DNA of 32,545 bases. Source: Thermodesulfobacteriota bacterium (GTDB lineage: Bacteria; Desulfobacterota; Desulfobulbia; Desulfobulbales; Desulfurivibrionaceae). How positions within the stretch are numbered: the stretch's first letter is position 1; each line of letters opens with the position of its first letter. Where the stretch lies: the NCBI GenBank assembly GCA_040756495.1, contig JBFLYY010000097.1, forward strand, positions 1 to 32,545, written 5' to 3'. Below, piece by piece: positions 15,206 through 23,374 of the stretch. The notes beneath the pieces were generated by a model, which searched no databases, was not told the DNA's origin, and saw nothing but the letters and a program-made list of their open reading frames with translations. The translations under genes and the position numbers were made by a program.

Positions 15206-17791
15206 TCAGCTCCCCCGGCGGCCACAGACCCTGTTGACCGCCGCGGCGAGATCCCGTTCGAGAATCGGTTTCATGATGAATTCCCGGATGCCGAAGGCCT
15301 TGGCGTTCTGCTCGTTGATGACCTCGCTGAACCCGGTGCAGAGGACAATGGGAATCTCCGGCCGGATGGCCATGACCTGCTGGGCGAATTCGATGCCGGT
15401 CATTTTCGGCATGGTCATGTCGGTGACGATCAGATCGAAGCCTTCGGGCGCGTTGCGGAAGGCCGCCAGGGCCTCCTCGCTGCCGGTGAAGAGCCTCACC
15501 GTGTACCCCAGCCGCTCCAGGACGACGCGTTCGAAATGGGCGATGGACTCCTCGTCGTCCAGCAGCAGGATCCGTTCGCTGCCGCGGGGCATCGGCGCCG
15601 GCGCCTCCTCCTCGGCCGCGGCCGTGGCCGTTTCCACCCTGGGGAAGTAAATCGAACAGGTGGTTCCCTTGCCGACCTCGCTCCGGACGGCGATATGGCC
15701 GTGGTGTTTCTGCACGATCCCGTGCACCACCGAAAGACCGAGACCGGTGCCCCTTCCCCGCTCCTTGGTGGTGAAATAGGGTTCGAAGATCCGCGCCAGC
15801 GTCGCCTGATCCATGCCGCAGCCGGTGTCGCCGACCTCCAGGCAGACATACGCACCAGGCGGCAGCCCCTGGAGTTCGGCCGGGCGGTCCGGGCCAAGCT
15901 CGACCGGCGTCAGGGAGACCCGCAACTCCCCGCCCTTTTCCGCCATGGCATGATAGGAGTTGGTGCAGAGGTTCATCACCACCTGGTGCAGCTGGACCGG
16001 ATCGGCCATGACGACCACCTCGGACGAGGGGATCTGCTGGGTGATGGCGATGCGCGAGGGGATGGTGGAACGCAGCAGCCGCAGTACCTCCTTGACCAGC
16101 AGGGCGATCTGGGTCGGCCGCAGTTCCGAACTGGCCTGGCGACTGAAGGTCAGGATCTGCTTGACCAGATCCCTGGCGCGGGTGCCCGCCTTGAGCACCT
16201 GCTGGAGATTGCCCCAGGCCTCGCTCTCGGGGGCGAGCTGTTTTTTCAGCAGCTCGCCGTAGCCGAGGATGGCCGTGAGGATATTGTTGAAGTCGTGGGC
16301 GATGCCGCCGGCCAGGGTGCCGATGGCCTGGATCTTCTGGGACTGGTAAAGCTGCTCCTTCAGCTCTTCCTGCTCCGTCACGTCGCGGAAGATGCAGCGG
16401 ATGGAAACCACCTCGCCGTCGGCCTGCTTGCAGTTCGCGGAGCCCTCGACACTGACCCTCTTCCCCTCCTTGTTCAGGAAGGCCAGCTTCATGTTCGCCA
16501 CGGCCCCCTCGGCCAGCAGCCGCTTGAAGGTCTGCCGGCAATCGGGCCTGCAATCGTGGGCCATCAGGTCGAGGAAGGAGAGGCCACCGAGTTCGCCGCT
16601 GCCGTAGCCCATCTTCTCGCGCCAGGAACGGTTTGCATACAGAACCTGACCGTCGGGCCGCAGCAGCAGGACGAGGTCGTGGGCATTTTCAAAGAGATCC
16701 CGATAGCGCTCCTCGCTCTCCCGCAGGGCGGCCTCGGACTGCTGGCGCTCGCGCACCTCCTCCTCCAGCAGGCGGCGCCGGGTCACGAGCAGGGTTTCCA
16801 GGCGGCCCAGATAGCCCCAGAAAAGCAGATAAAGGCCCAGCCCCAGCACGGCGAAGGACAGCGCCTGGATCAGGGACAAACGCCGCAGGAGCGCCTTCTT
16901 CGCCGAACAGTCGCGCAGGATGATGAGGTTGCCGACCTCCCGGCCGGAAATCTCCTTGAGCGGCACGATGCCGCCATCGTAAACGATCCTGTCCAGGGTG
17001 GTGCTGAAGGAGGAAAAGGTTGCCTGGCCGGCATGGTGGACCCCCAGCTCTTTCTTGAGGCCATGGGGGATGCGGCGCAGGGTCTGCTCGGAAATCACGT
17101 GCCGCTCGAAGAGGTTCCAGTCGGGAGGGTGCCGCAGCATGACCATCCCCTCTTCCCATTGGGCGCGCTGCACAAAACGCTTGTCGATGACGGAGAGCAT
17201 CTCGATGCCAAGCGTCTCCTTGAGCTGGCGGACGACGTGGGAGATCTCCTCGCCCAGCTCCAGGTAGCCGGCCAGGGTGCCGTCGATGTACCACGGCACC
17301 ACCACCCGCAAGGTAAAGGTTCCCAGCGGCCCCAGCTCCACCCCCCACGAGGCCTGTTGCCTCCTGGCCGCGTCCTCCAGGGTATAACGGTCGATCAGGT
17401 CGCCATGTCGGGATGGCTGGTGCACCCGGAGGAAATTGAGATGATCCGGGCCGTGAAAATAGAAATGGGTGACGCGATACTTGCGCTTGAACTCATCGAA
17501 GCGGGGCTGCGCCCTGCGCAGCAGGGTTTCCCGATCCCGGCCCAGCCACGCCTTCCGCAGTCCCTCGTCCTCCTCGATGCAATCGAGCAGCCCCAGCATG
17601 ACTTCGGCGTCCTTGGCCAGGACGGCCTCATAGACCCGCTGGGCGCCGCGAACGGCATCCTCGGTTTCCCGTACGGACTGCGACCACGTCCACCACTGGA
17701 CGCCTCCCACCGTGATGGCCAGCAAGGCGACAAACGCGATGCCCAGAGGGACGAGGATGGATTTCTTGATCTGCTCGGTCTCGTTCTTCAA
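15206..17791 (-). CDS. hybrid sensor histidine kinase (periplasmic Cache-like sensor, PAS, HisKA, HATPase, receiver)
   Basis: Two TM segments flank a sensor domain of about 270 aa. PAS region (ERYRDLFENAHDLVLLL...), H-box IAHDFNNILTAILGY, G-boxes DTGCGM and GTGLGLS, and a C-terminal receiver (ILLLDDE...DLIVTDMTMPKMTG...KP). TTG start preceded by GGAGGG. Confidence 0.9.
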   Translation of the reverse strand: MKNETEQIKKSILVPLGIAFVALLAITVGGVQWWTWSQSVRETEDAVRGAQRVYEAVLAKDAEVMLGLLDCIEEDEGLRKAWLGRDRETLLRRAQPRFDEFKRKYRVTHFYFHGPDHLNFLRVHQPSRHGDLIDRYTLEDAARRQQASWGVELGPLGTFTLRVVVPWYIDGTLAGYLELGEEISHVVRQLKETLGIEMLSVIDKRFVQRAQWEEGMVMLRHPPDWNLFERHVISEQTLRRIPHGLKKELGVHHAGQATFSSFSTTLDRIVYDGGIVPLKEISGREVGNLIILRDCSAKKALLRRLSLIQALSFAVLGLGLYLLFWGYLGRLETLLVTRRRLLEEEVRERQQSEAALRESEERYRDLFENAHDLVLLLRPDGQVLYANRSWREKMGYGSGELGGLSFLDLMAHDCRPDCRQTFKRLLAEGAVANMKLAFLNKEGKRVSVEGSANCKQADGEVVSIRCIFRDVTEQEELKEQLYQSQKIQAIGTLAGGIAHDFNNILTAILGYGELLKKQLAPESEAWGNLQQVLKAGTRARDLVKQILTFSRQASSELRPTQIALLVKEVLRLLRSTIPSRIAITQQIPSSEVVVMADPVQLHQVVMNLCTNSYHAMAEKGGELRVSLTPVELGPDRPAELQGLPPGAYVCLEVGDTGCGMDQATLARIFEPYFTTKERGRGTGLGLSVVHGIVQKHHGHIAVRSEVGKGTTCSIYFPRVETATAAAEEEAPAPMPRGSERILLLDDEESIAHFERVVLERLGYTVRLFTGSEEALAAFRNAPEGFDLIVTDMTMPKMTGIEFAQQVMAIRPEIPIVLCTGFSEVINEQNAKAFGIREFIMKPILERDLAAAVNRVCGRRGS

Positions 17792-17843
17792 CTACCCTCC
17801 GCTGCAAACGCGGGCTTGGTCGCCCATGGGCCGCCGCCCGCCC

Positions 17844-20501
17844 TCACCCCTTTCGCCTGACGACCCGCACCTTGCGCACCCCGCCGCTCGACAGGGTGCC
17901 GCCCTTGACCCGGCGCACCAGCACCTTCTTCTTTACCGGCGCCTGGCCCGGAACGGACGAAGCGCCAACGGCTGGCGGCAGGTCGCCTTCTCCGGGCAAC
18001 GGCTGCGCGTAGGTGCAACCGGCCCGCGGACAACGCAGGGAAATCTTGCCGGCCAGGTTCTTCTTTTCCACCAGGAAGGGCGAATCGCAGACCTGGCAGG
18101 GGATGGGGTGGGGCCTGGACCAGGCCATGAACTCGCAGTCCGCCTCGGGGCAGACGTAGAAGGGTTTGCCGGTGGGGGTGTGCTTGCTGACGATGTTGCC
18201 GATCTGGCACAAGGGGCAGCGCAGGGAGAGCCCCACCTCCTTGCCGTACGATTCGGAATGGCGGCATTCCGGGTGGCCGGAGCAGAACCAGTACTTGCCG
18301 AAACGGTCCTCCTTGAGCAGGAGCGGCCGGCCGCAATCGGGACAGGGCTTGCTCGGCCCGGCCGTCACCAGCGTGGCGGCGGCCGCCACCGGTTCCGGTT
18401 CGGGCGCGACCTCCCTGGCCGCCTCGGCAAAGAGTTCCTGGCCAACCGGCTCCGGAACCACGTCCAGCGGCGCCGGCTCCAGGTCGAGGGCCGGGGCGAC
18501 GGCCTCCTCCATCACCGGCGGTTCCTCCGCTGCCCCGGCAACCTCCGGCGCCAACGCCATGGCCGGCTCCATGATCTCCGGTTCCGCCCCTTCCTGGGCA
18601 ACCGCCTCCGGGGCCGGAGCCTCCTCCGCCGGCAGGGCCTCCTCCGCCGCCTCTTCCGGCAGCGGCTCCGCCACCGGGGCGGCCGCAACGGCATCTTCCG
18701 CCATGGGCGGTTGTTGGAGCGGCACCGTCGCGGGGGCCACCGGCGCCTCCCCCCCCGGGCTCTTGATGATGCTGCGCGAGACCCTGGTCCGGGGCCGGGG
18801 CGCCAGCGGCACCTTGACCTTGACCAGCACGTTGCCCTGCATCATCATGGTCTGATCGAACTGCTGGAGGGCGAAGGCCAGGGGCTTGCGGCTTTCGATC
18901 ACCTCGCCCACGGTCTGCTCGAAATAGGCCGCGAGGTTGATGCCCTTCATGGAGGGAAAGGCCTTGTTCATGACGTTGACGAGGGTGGCGGTGTTCTCCC
19001 GGCAACGCCAGGTGCCGTCCGCCATCAGGGCCAGATAGCCGCCATCGAGCATGCGTTGCAGCATGGCGATGGCGGTGGTGTCCAGGGACAGGGAGAAATC
19101 GGCCAGATCGTTGGCCAGCCCCTCGAAGGTGTAATACTCCGGCGGAAAACCCACGGTCTGCTCGGGAATGATCTGGATGTTGCGCACCTCCTGGCCGTGG
19201 GCGAGTCGGGCCAGCGGGGATGGCGCCAGCAGTTCCCGGAACTGCGGCCCCTGGTAGGCGGCCAGGAACCCGGGCTGCTGCACGACCCGGCCGCTGGCCC
19301 GGAACAGACAGCTTTCCCCGGCCTGCATCACCACCTCCCGCGACACTCCCTCGGCGTCCCGCATCTGGCTGGCCAGGGCCCGGGAGTGAACGAGGGCATA
19401 GATCTGGTGCGCCTCCGGCCCCAGGGTGCCGGCAAGATTGGCCGGGGTCCATTCCGGCCGCAGGGGAAGGAGCACGTCGTTCGCTTCGGCCTGGCAACCG
19501 CCGCCGGCCAGGGCCTCCGGCCCGAAATGCCGTTCCACCTCGCGGCGCAGGCGGGCATAGACCGGTTGCGGATCGCCGGTGCCGCGCGGGCTCGCCGCGC
19601 TGATCAGCCCCACCGTTTCGCCATTGACGATCACTCCCTCGTAGAGTTCCCGCACCGCGCGCAACACCTGCGCCGGCTGGAGCCCATGGGCAAGATAGGC
19701 CTCGTGCAGCAACTCCAGCAGGCGGAAAGGCGCCGGCGGCCCGATCCGCACTTCCTCCTCCGCCACCTCGCCGACCAGGAAGGGCTTGCCGCGGAAGAGC
19801 CCCACCACCTCCTTGCCCTCAAGGGCATCCCGCACGTAGCCATCGTCGGTGATGCCGTAGGCCTCTTCGAGCCGGGCATCGAATTCGCCCTCCTCCGAGG
19901 CCAGGCGCACCCGCACCTGCCACTTGAGCGGCGGGGTAAAGGCCCGGATCTCCGTCTCGCGTTCCGCCAGGAGAAAGAGGATGGCCAGGGTATCGCCGGT
20001 GAGCGGCAGCCCCTGCGGCCCGGTGGTGGTTCCCAGCAACCGTTTGAGGTGGCGGCTCAGGTGGGCGCTGAAGAGCATGCGCAGGTGGTAGGCCGCGGCC
20101 GCGTCGCTGTCCACCGTCTCCACCAGGCGGAAGGATTCCCGCAGTTCGTCGCGGCTCAGGCCGAAGAGGTGGAGCCGCCGCGCCCCCTGCAGACCACTGG
20201 TTTCGGCCTGCAGATATTCGCTGATCAGCCAGGCCCAGTACTCCCCGCGCTGATCGCCCTCAAAGGCGAGATAAAGGGTGGCGGCGCCGGGGGGCGGCAG
20301 TTTGGCAAAGAAGTCGTGCCCGCCCTCCGCCACGGCAAAGGTGAACCTGGGCGGCTCCCGCTTGAGCGGATCCTTGGGCGGCAGGAGCGTCGCCTTGACC
20401 GGCGCCGCGGTCACCACCAGAACCTCCACCTCGCCGCCCAGCTGCGCCGCGACCGTGCGGGCCTTCTGCTCGGAATCAACAATAATCACGTCTTTCGCCA
20501 T
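17844..20501 (-). CDS. type IA DNA topoisomerase (TopA)-like protein lacking the canonical active-site tyrosine; three C4 zinc ribbons and a basic tail
   Basis: TOPRIM-like N-terminus, TopA-like blocks (PPAPF, ELYEGV, IYALVHSRALASQM, FRASG..GFL). An acidic Pro/Ala/Glu linker, then CPDCG..C..C, CPLC..CP..C and CQVC..CP..C ribbons and a KKKVLVRRVK.. tail. The active-site block reads GLISAASPRG instead of GLITYMRTDS. GGAGG lies 5 nt upstream of the ATG. Confidence 0.9.
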   Translation of the reverse strand: MAKDVIIVDSEQKARTVAAQLGGEVEVLVVTAAPVKATLLPPKDPLKREPPRFTFAVAEGGHDFFAKLPPPGAATLYLAFEGDQRGEYWAWLISEYLQAETSGLQGARRLHLFGLSRDELRESFRLVETVDSDAAAAYHLRMLFSAHLSRHLKRLLGTTTGPQGLPLTGDTLAILFLLAERETEIRAFTPPLKWQVRVRLASEEGEFDARLEEAYGITDDGYVRDALEGKEVVGLFRGKPFLVGEVAEEEVRIGPPAPFRLLELLHEAYLAHGLQPAQVLRAVRELYEGVIVNGETVGLISAASPRGTGDPQPVYARLRREVERHFGPEALAGGGCQAEANDVLLPLRPEWTPANLAGTLGPEAHQIYALVHSRALASQMRDAEGVSREVVMQAGESCLFRASGRVVQQPGFLAAYQGPQFRELLAPSPLARLAHGQEVRNIQIIPEQTVGFPPEYYTFEGLANDLADFSLSLDTTAIAMLQRMLDGGYLALMADGTWRCRENTATLVNVMNKAFPSMKGINLAAYFEQTVGEVIESRKPLAFALQQFDQTMMMQGNVLVKVKVPLAPRPRTRVSRSIIKSPGGEAPVAPATVPLQQPPMAEDAVAAAPVAEPLPEEAAEEALPAEEAPAPEAVAQEGAEPEIMEPAMALAPEVAGAAEEPPVMEEAVAPALDLEPAPLDVVPEPVGQELFAEAAREVAPEPEPVAAAATLVTAGPSKPCPDCGRPLLLKEDRFGKYWFCSGHPECRHSESYGKEVGLSLRCPLCQIGNIVSKHTPTGKPFYVCPEADCEFMAWSRPHPIPCQVCDSPFLVEKKNLAGKISLRCPRAGCTYAQPLPGEGDLPPAVGASSVPGQAPVKKKVLVRRVKGGTLSSGGVRKVRVVRRKG

Positions 20502-20697
20502 GCCGCCTCCAAAACGCGCCGCGCACCGTGTCGCGGGAGCGTCAAAAATCTAATTTTTCTCACATGATATAGAATTTTTTTCGCCACCGTCCAGCAGAGA
20601 GTGCATTCTGCCCCGCTTTTTTCCGCCCCAATCGCGGCCGCGGCCCTGCCATTTTCCGCGGAACCCTTCAAGGAAATGGCCGGACCGTTCGACATGG

Positions 20698-20706
20698 TGG
20701 TATAGT
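20698..20706 (+). promoter_or_regulatory. extended -10 promoter candidate (TGGTATAGT) for the FGE-domain gene
   Basis: TGnTATAGT at 20698..20706, about 155 nt upstream of the ATG at 20861. No matching -35. Confidence 0.25.
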
Positions 20707-20860
20707 AAATTGTTGCGAAACTTGCTTTGCAGCAGCCTCCGTGCGCCCAGGGATGGGGCGCCAATTCCGCGAGTTCGTCGTTGCCAAAGGTCAGGGACGA
20801 CTTTTGCACCATCCTGAGAGTGGCGGCACACGCCTTTATCCCCGAGGAGAGTCGTCTTTC

Positions 20861-23374
20861 ATGCCCGCTCTTGTCACCCTGCACGGTATCGATCAGGCCC
20901 TGGCCGCGCTGGACCTCAAGCCCGGCACCCTGAAGGCCCTGCTCGCCGAGGCGATCCGCTCCTTTTTCCCCGACGAGGAATCCCTCCAGCAGATCACCGC
21001 CATCCCTGCCGACGAACTGGTCAAGAAGGTGTACGGCGTCACCAAGGCGGCGGAGATCAAGGCGAAGAAGAAGAACTTCAGCAGCCTCAAATCGGGCCTC
21101 AACAAGAACCTGCGCGACCTCGACGGCGACCGGAACCCGGAAGGCGTCATCATCGGCCGCGACAACGTCTTCATCGTCTCCGACGAACGCAAGGACAACC
21201 TGATCCGCGAACTGGGGCTCGCCGCCGAATCGACCCAGACCCTGCGGGAGATGTTCAAGTCCTTCAAGAGCCTCTTCAACGAGGTCATCAAGGAAAAGGG
21301 GGTTCACGAGGTCCACGACCTGCTGCGGGAATTCGACGAGACCAAGAAACTCATCGAACAGCTGGGCGGTGAGTTGCCCGGCGAGCCGGCGGTTACGGAA
21401 ACGCCGCCGGCCGAGGCAGTGGCGGAGCCCGGCGAGGAGGTCGAGGTCGTCGAGGCCGAGGAGGTGGAAGAGGTCGAACCACCCGAGGAACTCGTCGAGG
21501 AGCTGCCTCCCGGCGAGATCGAGGAGATCCCGGCCGAGGAGATCGAAGAGATCGAAGCGCTGCCCGAGGCCGCCGCCGAGGAGGAGGTGGAGGAGGTCGC
21601 GCCCGAGGAGATTGAAGAGGTTTCCGAGGAGGAGTTCGAGGAAGTCGGGGAGATCCCCCCTCCGCCAGGGGCGGTCGAGGAACTCGGCGAGGAGATCGAG
21701 GTCGTCGAGGCCGAGGAGGTGGAAGAGGTCGAAGAGCTGCCGCCGGCCGCGGAAGAGGTGGAAGAGGTCGCAGAGGCCCCGACCGGGGAGGCGGTCGAAG
21801 AGGTACCGCCCGGCGAGGTCGAGGAGATTCCGGTCGAGGAACTGGAAGAGGTCGAAGGGCTGCCGTCGGCCGCGGAAGAAGTGGAGGAGGTCAGCGAGGA
21901 GGAGATCGAAGAAGTCTCCGAAGAGGAACTCGAAGAGGTTGCGGCAGCACCGCCGCCAGAGGCAGTGGAGGAACCTGGCGAGGAGATCGAGGTCGTCGAG
22001 GCCGAGGAGGTGGAAGAGGTCGAAGAGCTGCCGCCGGCCGCGGAAGAGGTGGAAGAGGTCGCAGAAGCTCCGACCGGGGAGGCGGTCGAAGAGGTACCGC
22101 CCGGAGAGGTCGAGGAGATCCCGGCCGAGGAACTGGAAGAGGTTGCGGAACTCCCGCCGGCCGCGGAAGAGGTGGAAGAGGTCAGCGAGGAGGAGATCGA
22201 AGAGGTCTCCGAGGAGGAACTCGAAGAGGTTGCGGCAGCGCCACTGGCAGAGGCGGTGGAGGAACCTGGCGAGGAAGTCGAGGTCGTCGAGGCCGAGGAG
22301 GTGGAAGAGGTACCGCCCGGCGAGGTCGAGAAGATTCCGGCCGAGGAACTGGAAGAGGTTGCGGAACTCCCCCCAGCCGCGGAAGAGGTGGAAGAGATCG
22401 CGCCCGGGGAAATCGAGGAGGTCTCCGAGGATGAGCTTGAGGAAGTCGAGGAGGCCCCGGCGGAAGCGACGCGGAAGGCAAGCCCTCTCGACCTCCTCTC
22501 AAAGTATCTGGAGGCGGACGAGGCAGTGGCCGAGGAGGGCGACTACCTCAAGGAGACCGACGAGGAGTACGCCGCCCAGATCCTCAGCCGCTTCATGCCC
22601 AAGTTCGTCCACATTCCGGGCGGCGACTACCTCATCGGCAGCGCGCAGCCCAAGGGGTTGGAGCAGCGGCAACGGCGGATCACCCTCCCCCCCTACTACA
22701 TCGGCCAGTTCCCGGTGACCAACGACCTCTTCGACCTCTTTGTCCGCGAGACCGGCTACGAGACCGATGCCGAGGCCGCGGGCTACGGCATCGTCTTCGA
22801 GGGCCGCTGCGTCACCACCATCGATCCGGTGACCAACCGCGCCACGGTAACGCTCTCCGCCGGCACCAGCGCCCATACCGTGAGCGGCGCCACCTGGCGC
22901 CACCCCCACGGCCCGGAAAGCACCATCGAGGGCAAGCACCACCACCCGGTGGTCCAGGTGAGCCACAAGGATGCCATGGCCTTTGCCGCCTGGGCCGGCA
23001 AGCGGCTGCCCACGGAAGAGGAGTGGGAGGCAGCGGCCCGCGGGCCCAACGGCCATCTCTACCCCTGGGGCACCACCTGGCTGCCCAAGCTCGCCAACCT
23101 CGAATCCTCCTGCCTGGGCGATACCATGCCGGTGGACCGCCACGGCCGCGAGGCCATGAGCCACTTCGGCATCCACGATCTTCTGGGGAACGTCTACGAG
23201 TGGACCGCCACCATCCACCAGAGGCCGGGAACGGCCGCGGCCGCCGGCCGGAACGTCATCTACGTGCTGAAGGGGGGCTGCTGGACCTCGCGCGGGGTGA
23301 TCGCCACCTGCCACCGGGAGATCGAGCGGGGCCACTACTGGGCCAACACCATCGGCTTCCGGTGCGCCGTTTAG
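20861..23374 (+). CDS. multidomain protein: unknown N-terminal domain, about 350-aa acidic tandem-repeat region, C-terminal FGE-sulfatase (SUMF1-like) domain
   Basis: ATG at 20861 with GAGGAGA about 10 nt upstream (the track ORF begins at a GTG at 20741). The C-terminal domain (about 22604..23371) has FVHIPGGDYLIGS, YYIGQFPVTN, HPVVQVSHKDAMAFAAWAGKRLPTEEEWEAAARG, YPWG, GNVYEWT, LKGGCW and IGFRCAV. Confidence 0.85.
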   Translation: MPALVTLHGIDQALAALDLKPGTLKALLAEAIRSFFPDEESLQQITAIPADELVKKVYGVTKAAEIKAKKKNFSSLKSGLNKNLRDLDGDRNPEGVIIGRDNVFIVSDERKDNLIRELGLAAESTQTLREMFKSFKSLFNEVIKEKGVHEVHDLLREFDETKKLIEQLGGELPGEPAVTETPPAEAVAEPGEEVEVVEAEEVEEVEPPEELVEELPPGEIEEIPAEEIEEIEALPEAAAEEEVEEVAPEEIEEVSEEEFEEVGEIPPPPGAVEELGEEIEVVEAEEVEEVEELPPAAEEVEEVAEAPTGEAVEEVPPGEVEEIPVEELEEVEGLPSAAEEVEEVSEEEIEEVSEEELEEVAAAPPPEAVEEPGEEIEVVEAEEVEEVEELPPAAEEVEEVAEAPTGEAVEEVPPGEVEEIPAEELEEVAELPPAAEEVEEVSEEEIEEVSEEELEEVAAAPLAEAVEEPGEEVEVVEAEEVEEVPPGEVEKIPAEELEEVAELPPAAEEVEEIAPGEIEEVSEDELEEVEEAPAEATRKASPLDLLSKYLEADEAVAEEGDYLKETDEEYAAQILSRFMPKFVHIPGGDYLIGSAQPKGLEQRQRRITLPPYYIGQFPVTNDLFDLFVRETGYETDAEAAGYGIVFEGRCVTTIDPVTNRATVTLSAGTSAHTVSGATWRHPHGPESTIEGKHHHPVVQVSHKDAMAFAAWAGKRLPTEEEWEAAARGPNGHLYPWGTTWLPKLANLESSCLGDTMPVDRHGREAMSHFGIHDLLGNVYEWTATIHQRPGTAAAAGRNVIYVLKGGCWTSRGVIATCHREIERGHYWANTIGFRCAV
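21431..22466 (+). repeat. in-frame tandem repeat (291-bp / 97-aa unit, about 3.6 copies) encoding Glu/Val/Pro/Ala-rich sequence
   Basis: Unit starts (GGCGAGGAG/A..) at 21431, 21686, 21977 and 22268. The two central units (21686..22267) differ at about 6 of 97 residues by manual alignment. The first copy is 255 bp and the last is truncated. Confidence 0.9.

Noticed and set aside
15189-15214. 13-bp direct tandem duplication CTCATCAGCTCCC x2 overlapping the stop codon of the histidine kinase.
   Set aside because: The duplicated copy lies downstream of the stop, so the protein C-terminus is unchanged. This is most simply a small replication-slippage scar with no evident function.
15536-20567. 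Two very long plus-strand ORFs (774 aa at 15536..17860 and 951 aa at 17712..20567) antisense to the histidine kinase and the TopA-like gene.
   Set aside because: Same reasoning: the minus-strand products carry clear H-box, G-box, receiver, TOPRIM and zinc-ribbon motifs. The plus-strand translations are Gly/Arg/Leu/Pro-rich with no motifs. This is a GC3 artefact.
21431-22466. Regularly spaced repeats that could superficially suggest a CRISPR-like array.
   Set aside because: The units are 291 bp, contiguous with no unique spacers, and lie in frame within a long CDS. No cas genes are present in the window.
21369-22718. 449-aa Arg/Ser/Lys/Pro-rich ORF in an alternative forward frame through the acidic repeat array. 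The minus-strand ORF 22182..22502 is a similar case.
   Set aside because: Open frames in several phases are an automatic consequence of GAG/GAA/GTC-rich tandem repeats. Only the Glu/Val frame connects an RBS-preceded start to the conserved FGE-sulfatase domain.
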